A stretch of 64,000 bases of DNA from Felis catus (Eukaryota). The position numbers and the translations under genes are program-made. Position 1 is the first letter of the stretch. Every line of letters starts with the position of its first letter. Below the pieces are notes generated by a model that saw only the letters and a list, made by a program, of their open reading frames with translations, ran no database searches and was not told the DNA's origin. Positions 51,420-64,000 of this stretch are shown here, piece after piece. Where the stretch lies: assembly GCF_018350175.1 (NCBI RefSeq), contig NC_058368.1, forward strand, positions 223,202,001-223,266,000. Direction: 5' to 3'.

Positions 51420-52600
51420 AATTAAATTTTAATTTCAGTATGTGTAGCATATTTATATGCAAGGTAAGATGATACAGAGAGGTATCATGGATCCTTTAAC
51501 CATTTTTCACCAAGGAAAACATCTTGCAAATTTATAGAATATTAAAACCAGAAAATTAATAATGATGTAATCAACTAACATCACTCATTTCCTCAGTTAT
51601 ATAGACTCATTTGTGTATGTCTATTTATATTTAGTTTTATGTGACTTTATCATATGTGCAGTATTAGTTTACTATGGCTGCTGTAGCAAATTACTACAAA
51701 CTTAGTGGCTTAAAACAACAGAAATTTGATTATCACAGTTCTGGAGACCAGAGGTCCAAAATCAGTAGAACTGAGCTAAAATCAAGGTGACTTCAAGGCT
51801 GTGGTCCCTCTGCTGTTTCTAGGAGAGAATCTGTTCTTGGTTCTTCTGGCTCTGATGTCTGCCTTTGTTCCTTCACCTGTGGTCATATTTGTCTTATCTT
51901 GCATCCATGGTCATGTGGCCTCATCCGTGTGTAATCTCCCCCTGCCTTTTTTCTTTAATAACTACAATTATGATGGTACTTCTGTTTAAAGAATTGAGGA
52001 TTAATTTACTATTACCCATTTCCCAGTAAGGTAACATTTACGGGTTTCAGGGATTGGAGCATGGATACCTCTTAGAGTCCATTTTTCATTCTTCCACAGG
52101 TAGGTGTGTGTCTACCACCAGCAATCAAATAGAGAACATCTCCATTACCACATGCGTTGCTCTTGTAGTTATTTTGTAACAATACCTACCTTCTTCTCAC
52201 CCATCTTTACCTCTCTTCCTAGTTTATGGCAACCATGAGTCAGCTCTCCATCTCTAGATTTTTGTCATTTTGGTCATGTTGTGTAAGTGGGATCATATGT
52301 AAATTTTTGAGATTGGCTTTTTTTTTCACTTAGCAGAATTCCCTGGGGTTGTCTTTATCCGAATTATTCCCGTGTGTTGTCTTTATCAATAGTCCATCCT
52401 TCTTCACTCTGAGTAGTTTTCCATGGTATAGATGTATGACAGTTTGTGTAACTCTTAACCTGTTGAGAGACACTTGAGTTGTTTCCAGTTGTAGACTATA
52501 ACAAATAATGCTGCTATCAATATGTGTTTACAGGTATTTGTTCAAAAATAGTCACTTTTCTGGGATCAGTGCCCAGGAGTGTAATTGCTGGATGATTTGG
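51420..52600 (-). mobile_element. L1MC-type 3' end, split by an MLT1 LTR
   Basis: ACATCTTGCAAA...AAAACCAGAAAATTAAT, ACTCATTTGTGTATG, CTTGAGTTGTTTCCAGTT; similar to the 2400-3000 segment. Confidence 0.75.
51660..52098 (-). mobile_element. MLT1 (MaLR) LTR
   Basis: GTATTAGTTTACTATGGCTGCTGTAGCAAATTACTACAAACTTAGTGGCTTAAAACAACAGAAATTT. Confidence 0.85.
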
Positions 52601-52773
52601 AGCTGCTGGAGGTTTAGAACTCCATCAATTTTTAAGTCTTGTATACTTTGCTCTTTGACACTGAGGAATTTAGAGCAGAGACAAATTCAAGTATGTCTAA
52701 TGGTTTTCTTCAGATAAACTCCTTTATAAAAATTATGACCTTTACAAGGTTAAGCTCAGCATTTAGGGCTTAC

Positions 52774-52887
52774 TTTTTGTTTATTATTTTTTACTTTTTT
52801 AAGATTCCACACCCAACATGGGGCTTGAACTCATGACCCTGAGATCAAGAGTCATATGCTCTACCAACTGAGCCAGCCAGGTACACC
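52774..52887 (-). mobile_element. Short CAN-SINE (tRNA-Lys-like head plus A-tail, no CT region)
   Basis: Reverse complement CCTGGCTGGCTCAGTTGGTAGAGCATATGACTCTTGATCTCAGGGTCATGAGTTCAAGCCCCATGTTGGGTG followed by A-rich tail. Confidence 0.85.
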
Positions 52888-53953
52888 TATGGGGTTTTCT
52901 TTAAGAAGTCTTCTCAAGATCCTTGGAAACAGATTTTTATTGAGGGCCATATGCGTATGCAAGATATATTATGAAAAACGTATCCATTGAAACTAAAATT
53001 CCTTTTCAAGGAGAATCTCAATTGTATTCTCCCATTAACACTTCTCTGTATTCCCCCCAAAAGCTGACATGCACTATTCCAACAGTGAGCATAGTCAAGA
53101 CTGAGACTGAACTGTCTACTACCTAGAATGATTTGTAAGTGGGCATTTTGACTCAAGGTTCAATTAATACAAGGATATTTAATAGGTTACCTGAAACCTA
53201 AAGGTTGGCAATAAGAACAAAGATCCATAAGCAGTCTTCAACAAAGACAGAATTATCTGTGTACATCAAAGAGAAAAAAAATCACCTTTAGGGATTTTCT
53301 GGGCTTAATGATTAACTTCATCGGTCTTTCTAGTCCCCTAAGAAATTCTTCAGGCAAGTGTGACACAGTGATAAATTACTTTTTGGTGTTCTCTAATATT
53401 GGATGAGTCTGAGAGAAGATAGAAATGTTCTGAGGTCAAATGTTACTTGACTTTATAGCCCCCAAGTGTTTGTACAAAGAGTTGTGAAGATAAAAGGGAA
53501 TTCATTTGGAAAAAGTTGTAAGACAATGCAAAAATTTTTCAATTTTTCTACAATTGACAATGCATATATAGTTTGTTAATTTTCTCTAATAATTGAAAAT
53601 ATCTCCATAGAAAATGTAAAGAAAAAGTTACTATAAAAGGAATTTAAACGTGTGTTTTAATAATTTAAAAAGTCAAGTTATAAATTTTGAAATTATTCTT
53701 CTTGGTATTTTGGATGTGGCCACTATCTACTTAATTCTAAAGATCTAATGTTTTGTCACTTTTAATATGTTGCTTAATATATCTATTTTTCATCTTAAAT
53801 AAGTAATTAGAATCTACACAGCCATCTGAAAACCTATATTCATATAAAATGTCAGTTTCATTTGAATTGAAATATTCAAGTCATTACTAATTTATTTTTC
53901 TGTGTGCAAACATTGAGATCCATTAGTCTTTCACTTTAAAGAGGATGTTAATA

Positions 53954-54150
53954 GGGGTGCCTGGGTAACTCAGTCGGTTAAGCATCTGACTTAATTTTTG
54001 CTTAGATCGTTATCTCATAGTTCATGAGTTTGAGCCCCGCGTTGGGCTCTGTGCTGGCTCTACAGAGCCTGCTTCAGATTCTCTCTCCCTCTCTCTACCC
54101 CTCCCTGTTCTCTCTTTCTTTCAACATAAATAAACTTTTAAAAAAATTGA
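53954..54150 (+). mobile_element. CAN-SINE
   Basis: 16-bp TSD AAAGAGGA(T/G)GTTAATA. Confidence 0.93.
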
Positions 54151-54819
54151 AAAGAGGAGGTTAATAAAAATAAAGTAGATCCAATTTGAAAATTTCAGTG
54201 AATTTTCTTCTAGTGATTCCTTATTCTTATACTAATGTGTTTTAGGATGATCAGAATTCAGAGAAGACTTGCATCACTCCTTTTATAAAAAAAAATGTAG
54301 GTGAAATATCTTACTCTACTTACGTTACCATATAGTCTATTTTTTAAATACAAGAAATGCAAAATGATGACTTATACAAAGCAAACCTGAAAAGGTTCAT
54401 GACACAAGTTACTGCTATAAAATAAGAGAACATTTTCCCCGTCTTTGACTCTTAACACAGCAATTTTAAGTAGGAAATAATGAATTAATACAAAGAAGTT
54501 AAATATGTGTTTTCACTAGAAGTCATCCCCTACCAAATTTCAATAGTAACAACTCCCTAAAGGAGAATTTAGCCAAGGAAAAACAAAACAACAACAAAAA
54601 ACACATTATATGTTGAAAGCTCACATTAATTTTAATAGCATCACCCTTAATACTCTCCACTCTTCTCTAGATGGAATAGCCAAGACTGATGTCTCTTTAC
54701 AGTTGTCCCCTTGTTCATTTTCCCTTGAGCTTGCTGTAATGTGAAGCTTAAATTACCACATGTATATATCTGTAGCTATGTATGAATGGCCTTTACTTAT
54801 AAACTAGGTATCCTTTTGT

Positions 54820-55037
54820 TACAATTTTTTTTTTAACATTCATTTTTATGAGAGACAGAGAGAGACAGAGCATGAACAAGGGAGGGGCAGAGAAAGAGGG
54901 AGGCACAGAATCTGAAGCAGGCTCCAGGCTCTGAGATGTCAGCACAGAACCTGACATGGGGCTCAAACCCATGGACCACAAGATCATGACCTGAGTGGAA
55001 GTCAGATGCATAACCGACTGAGCTACCCAGGTGCCTC
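54820..55037 (-). mobile_element. CAN-SINE
   Basis: Full body; imperfect TSD TATAAACTA.. Confidence 0.93.
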
Positions 55038-55274
55038 TATAAACTAAGGATACTTTTTAAAGTCATTATTATGTCAGTCTGTGTGGACATGAATATGTAG
55101 TTTGGTCCTTTCTTTTTTAAGTTCCCCTGTGAGAGTTAGTAATGTGCTATGTCTAGGAATAGTGTGGATATTTGCCAAAGCTGAAGAATTTTTCACTATG
55201 ATACTGATTCAGTGTGCTGATTAACATGATTTATATAAATATTTGCATGTTTATACAAATATATTTTGTAATAT

Positions 55275-55740
55275 TGTATTAGTTACTTATCGGTGCATAA
55301 CAAATAACTCCAAAACTCAACAGCTTAAAAAATAAATACTTAATATTTCACATAATTTTTATGTGTCAAGAAATCAGTAGCTAAATTGGATGTTTTTGCT
55401 CAGGTTCCCTTATGAAGTTGCCTTCAAAGAATGGGGACATTGGCTTCTGTCTTCTGAAATCTTGTCTGTATCTGAAACCACTTACCTGGTGGTTGAAAGC
55501 CCTCAGTTTCTTCCTATCTGGGCGTGAGTGTCCATATGATTTGGTAGCTGGCTTCTCCAAGAAGGAACAATCCAAAAGAACATAAGGCAGAAGCCTTCTT
55601 GAAAGTCAAACTCCATGATTTCTACAATATCCTCATAGGTTATAAAGCTTGGCTTTTACTCAGTGTCAGAGGGGACTAAACAGGAACATCAATATTGAGA
55701 GGCAAGACTCATGGGGGTCACAGATCAACAGTGACTATAT
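55275..55740 (-). mobile_element. MLT1 (MaLR) LTR remnant
   Basis: TGTATTAGTTACTTATCGGTGCATAACAAATAACTCCAAAACTCAACAGCTTAAAA. Confidence 0.75.
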
Positions 55741-57541
55741 CTTAGCTCAAATGCCCAATCCTAATTTTAAGAATTTTAGACAATATAATTGATCATTATA
55801 TAAGGGTAACAGCAAAGACTTGCCCTACACAATGCTTGTTTCCAAATTCTTCTCATCAGGAAAAACTAAAATTATATTTTATCACTTATTATTTTAATAT
55901 GTCAGAAAGTAGGGGGTACTATATATCACAGTATTAATTTTCCTACTAAGTTAAACTAATATTAACCATAAGATTTTAAAGGTACTCTCATCCTTTGTAT
56001 ACCTACGCAAGTAGAATTGTAGCTTTATGACTATTTTAGCTAATCAGGCAGTGTCTTCTAACTTGTTTTGCATAGTATTAATTCTGTGTTATTTATAGCA
56101 TTGATTATCCTATCAAGTGTGCAAATTAAATCTAGTTTTTATTTTACCTTATCCTCTCTGATAACCACCCAGTCATGCACCAACAACTCATCTTCATTTC
56201 TCACGAAGTGCTAAGACTAAGAGAAAAGAGAAGTTAGCTAGAAATACAACCAAATAAAATGTTGGATGGACAATGTCCTTGAAGGCATTTTATCTGTGGT
56301 AAGTCTTCACTTTGTCTTTCATTTTACTAAGAGTCCCTCTCTCCTCCTTTGCTCCTAGGAAACACTTTTAAAAATGACATAAGTAATTTCATTCCATTCT
56401 CTTGGTGAATGTGTGAGTCAGTTAGAAAGCAAGTTTAAATGTAACAGGGAGATCAGATCTGCCCAGGCTAGAGTCTGTATCTTTTCTAAAGATGATGCTT
56501 CTATTATGAAAACAGAGAATCTCTGCTTTGGGATAATTTCAAAGGTTATAGAGACCTTGTACCATTTGGATGCTAGAATCTTCTCTCTTATCCTTATGCC
56601 AGATATAACCCACTTAATGTTGAGGGCTGTTAATTACAGGGTACTTAATTATCTCCTGAGGGAAAGTTGATCAATTTGGGCTAGAATAGTTGCTTCCTGA
56701 GTTCTTCCTTATACTGAGTCAAAAATTACATTCTTTAAGTGTGAGAATTTTTCATTTAGATGCACAATATTATCTCAGAACCAACACTAATCCACATTTA
56801 GTATCTCTGTTCTCCCAACTGTTTTTCATAAGTCAGGATCATGATCATGGTCATGAACTTGGGGTTCAGTAAAGTTTCCCACTGCACCTCAGACCTACCC
56901 TCATTCCTCTGCAACTCCAGCTGAGAATTCTAAAATGAATGAAATTTTATTGCCATTAGAAAGTTAAACTATAAAATCAGCACATTTTAGAGCAGAGATG
57001 TACTATCACTTTAGGAATATAGAAGGGTTCTTAGTCTTCAATATGCTTGTTTCTACTAGCCTATTATTTACAAACGGGATTGGTAAAATGGAATCATACA
57101 GCAAACACCAAAGCCAGAAGTTGTCAATGCCCATATTAAAAATTCACAAGCAAGTAAGAATCTTTGGTAATGAACCCTAGATATTTAAGTCATAGAAATG
57201 TTATTTACTGTTGTAGAAATGGATGGTTCACTATATATTTTCCCCTTAGTAGTAAATTTCTGTTATATAATGAAATCTTTTCTGATTCCATACTCATACA
57301 GAAACTATGATTAAATTTGTTTCCTGTGTAGGTCCATCTGTAACACGGGAGTGTAGTAGTTACTTAGGATAAATTATTGCAAGCACATAAATTACTGTTC
57401 TGGACTAATACTATCCTGAGTTTGATTAATGAGATGGCCATATTTTCTGTGTAGTGTCAAAGTTATGTTATTTCTCCCAAGTAAATGCTCTTGGGACTGA
57501 AATTTAAGCCACTGAACATTTTATATGTTCAGCAAACTCAT

Positions 57542-58011
57542 TGAAGTAGGCTGAATGATTTCCCCCCACTGGTTTCCAATTCTAACTTTCAGAATGTGTA
57601 AATACATTATTTTAAAAATTAAAAAGGATGTTAGAGGTGCGTTTCAGGATTTTAAGATGGGGAGAATATCCTGGATTACCCAGATTCCCTAATGTAATTA
57701 CGAGTGTACATGTAAAAGGGAAGTGGGAGGGGTCAGAGCTGGAAAGAAGAAACATGTGACGGTACAAAGAAAGATTGAGATGGAGGAGAGGTCACAGGCC
57801 AAAGGATGCAGGCAGCCTCTAGAATCTGGAAATAACAAGGAAACAGATTTACCTCAGAATATAGAAGGAACACAACATGGCCAATAGATTTTAGTTTTTA
57901 AGACTAATTTTGAACTTGTGAACTCCAACAAAACTGTAAAATAATGAATTTGTGTTGTCCTAAACCACCAAGCTTGTGGTAATTTGTTACAGCAGTAACT
58001 GGAAACTAATA
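57542..58011 (+). mobile_element. MLT1C/D-like MaLR LTR
   Basis: TAGGCTGAATG start; ATCCTGGATTACCCAG; GCAGGCAGCCTCTAGAA; TTGTGGTAATTTGTTACAGCAG...AAACTAATAC end. Confidence 0.85.
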
Positions 58012-58577
58012 CTGTGATTCATATTTTGAAATCTCTTTTTTGTTGTTAATAACTATCTTGTATTGCAAATGTTTTTTTTTTGGTTTTGTATTCTAAATGT
58101 CTACATATATCTAATAATACATATGATATTCTGATACAAACACACACACAGTCTGACCTCTCACATTGCTTTTTATTAGATTCTGTGGTTTATATGTACA
58201 CTTTAAAATCACAGTAACATGTGACCACATGATCTGTTACAGCAATTTCTATTGATTTTTATAAGGCTTTATCTCTTTGTTCCCAGATACTGTTTTACTT
58301 GAAGAGTCGGGTATCATGAAACTTACTCTCCCCCTCCACCAAAAATCGCATAGACAAAACAAAAGAAAACAAAACAAACAGAAACTTCAGGCCTGCTTGT
58401 ATCAGCTATGAATTTTTCCAAATATTTAAATTGGAAATAACAGCATTTTAGATAAATTTTCCTAGAAAAAGGGAAAATAAAAACAGCTTATTGATAGCAT
58501 GTAATACTACAACAGAAGGAAACCAAAGTCCAGTCTCTAAACATAAATGCAAAAATCATAAAAATAGTACCACAATG

Positions 58578-59863
58578 CCTAAATGTGGTACTAAAAAGCA
58601 CTTGAACTTGAAACCATAAAAAATCCAAGAGGAGAACACAGGTAGTAACCTCTGAGATACCAGCCATAGCAACTTCTTTCTAGATATGCCTCTGGAGGCA
58701 AGGGAAGCAAACTATTGAGACTTTATCAAAATTAAGAGCTTCTGCCCAACAAAGGAAACAGTCAACAAGACTAAAAGGCAATCTACAGAATGGGAGAAGA
58801 TATTTGCAAATGAAATATCTGGTAAAGGGTTAGTATCCAAAATACATAAAGAACATATACAGTTAACACTTAAAAATCAAATAACCCAATTAAAAATGGA
58901 CAGAAGACATGAATGGATATTTATCCAAAGAAGACATTTATGTTGCCAACAGACACATGAAAAGATGCTCAACATCACTCATCATTAGGAAAATACAAAT
59001 CAAAACTATAATGAGATATCACCACACAGCACTCAGAATGGCTAAAATCAACAATACAAGAAACAGGTGCTGGTGAGGATGTGGAAAAAGGGGAACTTTC
59101 TTGCCCTGTTGGTGGGAATGTAAATCGGTGCAGTCACTCTGGAGGACAGAATGGAACTGTCTCAGAAAGTAAAAAATAGGGGTGCCTGGTTGGCTCAATC
59201 GGTTAAACATCAGACTTTGGCTCAGAACATAATCTCATAGTTCATGAGTTCAAGCCCCATGTGGGGCTCTGTGCTGACAGCTCAGAGCCTGGAGCCTGCT
59301 TTGGATCTGTGTCTCCCTCTGTCTGCCCCTTCCCTGTTCATGCTCTGTGTCTCACTCTCAAAAATAAATAAACATTAAAAAATTTAAAAAAAAGAAAGTT
59401 AAAAATAGAACTACCCTAAGATCAAGCAATTGCACTACTGAGTAATTACTCAAAGAATACAGAAATACAGAAATTCAAAAGGATACATGCACCCTGATAT
59501 TTATAGCCGCTTTATCTCCAATAGCCAGATTATGAAAATTTGGCTCATGCTAAGTGAAGTAAGTTAGTCAAAGAAAGACAAATACTGTATGATTTCACTC
59601 ATATATGGATTTAAGATGTGAGTGAGCATAGAAAAGAAAGAGAGGCAAACCAAGAACCAGACTCTTAACTTTAGAGAACAAATTGATGGTTACCAGAGGG
59701 GAAGTTGGTAGGGGGGTGGGTTAAATAGGTGATCAGGATTAAGGAGTGTGTGTGCTGTGATGAGCACTGGGGATTGTATGGAAGTGTTGAAATACTCTAT
59801 TGTACGCTGAAACCGATATTACCTTCTATGTTAACTAACTGGAATTTAAATAAATAAATAAAC
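58578..59863 (+). mobile_element. 5'-truncated carnivore L1 (ORF2 C-terminus plus 3' UTR)
   Basis: GAATGGGAGAAGATATTTGCAAAT, AGACACATGAAAAGATGCTCAACATCACT; 3' end TATGTTAACTAACTGGAATTTAAATAAA; internal deletion near 59540. Confidence 0.92.
59179..59393 (+). mobile_element. CAN-SINE inserted in L1
   Basis: TSD AGAAAGT(A/T)AAAAATA. Confidence 0.94.
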
Positions 59864-60585
59864 ACATATGTACTTGTCTTTGGATGCATGTACATATACA
59901 AATTATTTCTGTGATACATACCTATATAGCTAGGAGTTAAATGATTAAAAATACTTCCACTTCTGCAATGTGGATATCTTTCTATCAGATTTAACATTTC
60001 TTTATATATTCTGATACGATCATCATATATATATATGATATATATCTGTATATCATATCTATATCTATATATAGATATGATATCATCATACATATATAGA
60101 TAGATATTATATATATTATATATAGATATCTAATATTTTCCTTATCAGTTTCCTGTGTCTATTCAAGAACAAATCATGTTGATACTCCCCAATGTATTGA
60201 TTTAACATGCACATTTATATCTATAATTCATTCAGAAAGAACATATATTTTTTTATAATATATGAGATGAGAATCAAGGTTTACTTTTTTGTGAAATGTA
60301 TTTTTAGTTGAGAACCATTTAGTAAATGATCAGGCTTACATCAGTACATGGCATGGACACCACCTCTGTCATAAGTCAGATGGTAGTATATTTGTGAAAT
60401 GATTCTGGTCTCAGTTCTGTTCCATTGTGCTGTTTATTCTGGAATCTATGTCACAAAATTCATTGTTTTACTATGTAGCATTATAATTGTCTTTATATCA
60501 AATAGTACTGGTCCTCAAACCACATTTTCTTTATGATTATCTTTGCTATCTTTGGATTTTTTTAATTTTATTTAAATCCAAGTTA

Positions 60586-60801
60586 GGGGCGCCTGGGTGG
60601 CGCAGTCGGTTAAGCGTCCGACTTCAGCCAGGTCACGATCTTGCGGTCCCCTGAGTTTGAGCCCCGCGTCAGGCTCTGGGCTGATGGCTCAGAGCCTGGA
60701 GCCTGTTTCCGATTCTGTGTCTCCCTCTCTCTCTGCCCCTCCCCCGTTCATGCTCTGTCTCTCTCTGTCCCAAAAATAAATAAAAACGTTGAAAAAAAAA
60801 T
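60586..60801 (+). mobile_element. Young CAN-SINE (SINEC_Fc-type) inserted at the L1 3' end
   Basis: Perfect 15-bp TSD TTTAAATCCAAGTTA. Confidence 0.97.
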
Positions 60802-61184
60802 TTTAAATCCAAGTTAGTTAACATATAGTGTAATAATGGTTTCAGGTGTAGATTTTAGTGTTTCATTACTTACACATAACACCCAGTGCTAATCCCAACA
60901 AGTGCCCTCGTTAATGCCAATCACCCATTTAGCCCCCCCCCCCAACATCTCTCCAGCAACCCTCAGTTTGTTTTCTGTATTTAAGAGTCTCTTGTTTGGC
61001 TCCTTCTGTGTTTTATCTTATTTTTCCATTCCCCTATGTTCTTCTGTTTGTTTCTTGAATTCCACATAAAGTGAAATCATATGATACTTGTCTTTCTCTG
61101 ACTTTTTTAGCATAGTATTCTAATTCCATCCACGTTGTTGCACATGGCAAAATTTCATTCTTTTTGATCACCAAGTAATATTCC

Positions 61185-61186
<2 letters not shown>

Positions 61187-61232
<46 letters not shown>
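61187..61232. repeat. (TG)n microsatellite within L1
   Basis: Direct reading. Confidence 0.97.
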
Positions 61233-61242
<10 letters not shown>

Positions 61243-62266
61243 CCACTTCCTTACCCATTCATCAGTAATTGGATATTTGGGCCCTTTTCATAGTTTAGCT
61301 ATTGTTGATAGGGCTGCTAACCACTAGGGTACATGTGCCCCTTTGAATCAGCACTTTTGTATTCTTTGGATAAATGCCTAGTAATGCAATTGCTGGGTCA
61401 TAGGGTAGCTCTATGTTTAATTTTGGGGGGAAGCTACATACTGTTCTCCAGAGTGGCTGAACCAGTTTACATTCCCACCAAGAGTGCAAATGTGCTCCGC
61501 TTTTTTCTGCATCCTTGCTGACATCTGCTGTTTCCTGAGTTGTTCATTTTAGCCATTCTGGTAGATGTGGGGTAGTATCTCATGGTGGTTTTGATTTGTA
61601 TTTCTCTGATGATGAGTGGTTTTGATCATCTTTTCATATGTCTGATAGCCATGTGAGATGTCTTCTTTGGAAAAGTGTTCATGTCTTTTCCCCATTTCTG
61701 CACTGGCTTATTTGTATTTTGGGTGTTGAGTTTGTTAAATTTTTTATAGACTTGGATACTAACCCTTTATCCAGTATGTTATTTGCAAACATCTTCTCCA
61801 ATTCCATTGTTTGCTTGTCTTTTAGGTTTGCTGATTGTTTCCATTGCTATACAGAAGCATTTTATGTGGATGAGGTCCCAGTAGTTTATTTTTGCTTTTG
61901 TTTCCCTTGCCTCCAGAGACCCGTCTAGTAAGAAGTTGCTGCAGGCAAAGTCAAAGAGGTCGTTGCCTGTTTTCTCGTCTAGGAGAGAAAACTGTCTTAC
62001 ATTTAGGTCTTTCATCCATTTTGAGTTTATTTTTGTGTATGGTATAAGAAAGTGGTCCAGGTTCATTTTTCTGCATGTTGCTGTCCAGGTTTCCCAGCAC
62101 CATTTGCTGAAGAGACTTGTCTTTTTCTTTGTTGTGGGATATTCTTTCCCACACTCGAAGCTTAGTTGATCATATATCTGTGAGTCCATTTCTGGGTTCT
62201 TTATTCTGTTCCATTGATCTATCTGTCTGTTTTTGTGCCAGTATCACAGTGTTTCGATGATTATAG

Positions 62267-62493
62267 ATTTTTTTTTAATTTTTTTTAAATTTTTTTTTTA
62301 ACGTTTATTTTGAGACAGAGAGAGACAGAGCATGAACGGGGGAGGGTCAGAGAGGGAGACACAGAATCTGAAACAGGCTCCAGGCTCTGAGCAGTCAGCA
62401 CAGAGCCCGACGCGGGGCTCGAACTCACATACCGCGAGATCGTGACCTGAGCCAAAGTTGGATGCTTAACTGACTGAGCCACCCAGGCGCCCC
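62267..62493 (-). mobile_element. CAN-SINE (SINEC_Fc-type) inserted in L1
   Basis: TSD GATGATTATAG; CpG-rich. Confidence 0.96.
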
Positions 62494-63164
62494 GATGATT
62501 ATAGCTTTATAATACAGTTTGAAGTCCAGCATTGTGATACCTCTAGGTTTGGTTTTCCTTTTCAACATTACTTTGGATGCCTGACTTTGGATGTTTACAT
62601 TTTTTGGATAAAATTTATATTCAGTTTGTCAATTTAAAGAAACATATATGCACACACACTGCCGTATTTTTTTCTTTAATGAACATTCCACTGAACCTAC
62701 AGATCTATTTTGAAAGAATTGTCATATTCACAACCTTGTGATCTTTGAGCATGGTATCTCTTATTTATATCTTTGTTTTCTTTCAGCAATGTGTTTAGAC
62801 GTGGTGTTTAGAAGCCTTACATACCTTATATTAGGTATACTCTTAAGTATTTAAGGTCTCTGATGAACATATAAATAGTATTTCTTTAATTTAAAATTTT
62901 TAACTTTTAACTGTTGTGTACAAATAAAGTTAGTGTTTATATTTTGGTAGAGTACCAGCAAATATGTTAAAATTAATCATTTTAATTATCCGTAGATTTT
63001 TCTGAATTGCTTATGTATGTAGTCATCCTCCCTTCAGTGACATTTTTTTTTTCCCGCCATTCCTGACACTCACATTGCATTTTCTCTGACAGGAACTTCT
63101 TGTACAACATTAAATAGAAATGCTGATAAGACATGCTTGACTTGCTCTTGATTTCTCAAAGACT

Positions 63165-63811
63165 TATAATATTTAATTCTGTGTGTCAGATAGACTGGTA
63201 AAATAATTCTGAGTGTGGCTGTGGGGTTGTTTCTGAAAGATATTAGCATTTGATTTGGTAGATTGGATAAAGAAGATCTGCCCTCACCAATAGAGGTGAA
63301 CAACATCTAATCATTTGCGAGCCGGAATAGGATTAAAAAAGTGAAAGACCTGTGAATTTGCTTTCGCTTCTTTTGAACTGGAACATTCTCCTGCCCTCTA
63401 ACATTGGAAATCCTAGTTCTCCAGCCCTTGGACTCCAGAACTTACACTGGTATCTCTCTTGATTATCAGGTCTTTGGACTTACACTGAATTATACTAATA
63501 ACTATCCTGGTTCTCCACTTGCAGAGAGCATATTATTGTAAATCTCATCCTCCATATTTGTGTGAGCCAATTCCCATAATAAGTCTGTCTATCTGTCTAT
63601 ATATCTATCTATATCATCTATCTTCCTATCTATCTATCATCTATCTATTATCTATCTTTCCATCTACCCATCTATTTATCATCTATCTACCTATCTATTA
63701 TCTATCTATCTCTCTGGCATCTACCTATCTACCTATATGTCTGTCTGTCTTTGTGTCCACCCATCCATCTATCCTGTTGGTTCTATTTTTCTGGAGGATT
63801 CTGACAAATAT
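63165..63811 (+). mobile_element. MLT2 (ERVL) LTR with internal (TCTA)n expansion (~63583-63774)
   Basis: GATATTAGCATTTGA...AAAGAAGATCTGCCCTCACCAAT; GTGAGCCAATTCCCATAATAA; CCTGTTGGTTCTATTTTTCTGGAG end. Confidence 0.88.
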
Positions 63812-64000
63812 AGAAATGATTTTATTATTGTACCAATAAGTGTTTGTTTGCTTTAAACTATCTAGTAAAGTAAATGTTCTTGTATAGTTTTCTAAGAATT
63901 TTCTTAGTTGATAAATTTTATCTAATATTTTTTCTTATCTATTGAGACACATGAACATTTTCTCCTATATTCTATAAACATTTTGAAATGTCTTGAGTTT

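Larger units (their letters stand above)
60557..62580 (-). mobile_element. 5'-truncated carnivore L1 (disrupted ORF2 C-terminus plus 3' UTR)
   Basis: Minus-strand ORF pieces resemble L1 ORF2p (SLFSKWCWETW...PYTKINSKWMKDLNVR; WWECKLVQPLW...LPYDPAIALLGIYPK; EYY..IKKNEILP.ATTWMELE) with frameshifts. Confidence 0.93.
59870..64000 (-). mobile_element. Ancient L1 (L1M/L1ME-like) scaffold hosting younger insertions
   Basis: Antisense ORF2-like phrases at ~60180-60555, 62590-63165 and 63812-64000 that continue across the inserts. Confidence 0.6.

Noticed and set aside
61034..62189. ORFs with L1 ORF2p C-terminal similarity
   Set aside because: Frameshifted pieces of a 5'-truncated L1; not a host gene or an active element
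1911..62482. Recurring ORFs like MAQSVKRPTSAQVMISRFV...SGSVLTAQSLEPASDSVSPSLS that could look like a gene family
   Set aside because: They are translations of CAN-SINE copies, each coinciding with a SINE
1..64000. CRISPR arrays, operons, prokaryotic defence systems, rRNA/tRNA genes, CpG-island promoter
   Set aside because: Mammalian repeat-rich DNA with no regularly spaced repeat-spacer arrays, no long ORFs and no CpG island; all tRNA-like sequences are SINE heads

Overview
AT-rich mammalian DNA from a felid, most likely the domestic cat or a close relative, judged from about 28 carnivore tRNA-Lys-derived CAN-SINEs with felid SINEC_Fc-type features and from carnivore-type L1 3' ends. It reads as intergenic DNA or the interior of a very large intron. 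I can support no protein-coding exon, no functional tRNA/rRNA gene and no CRISPR or prokaryotic system. The ORF track is explained by SINE, L1 and microsatellite translations or by chance. The window is a layered mosaic of SINEC, L1 (old L1MC/L1ME and younger carnivore L1), L2, MIR, MaLR/ERVL LTRs (MLT1, MLT2), one solo LTR with a 6-bp TSD, a DNA-transposon remnant and microsatellites. Items worth a second look: nested inverted SINEs and an inverted L1 pair (potential long dsRNA), young and possibly polymorphic SINEs, a 13-kb SINE-free zone, candidate enhancer-like unique segments, several well-formed but apparently non-coding minus-strand candidate exons, and a few non-B-DNA or hairpin motifs. 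Repeat subfamily names come from visual recognition and need RepeatMasker/Dfam confirmation. Boundaries of old repeats are approximate. I found no convincing novel biological system.
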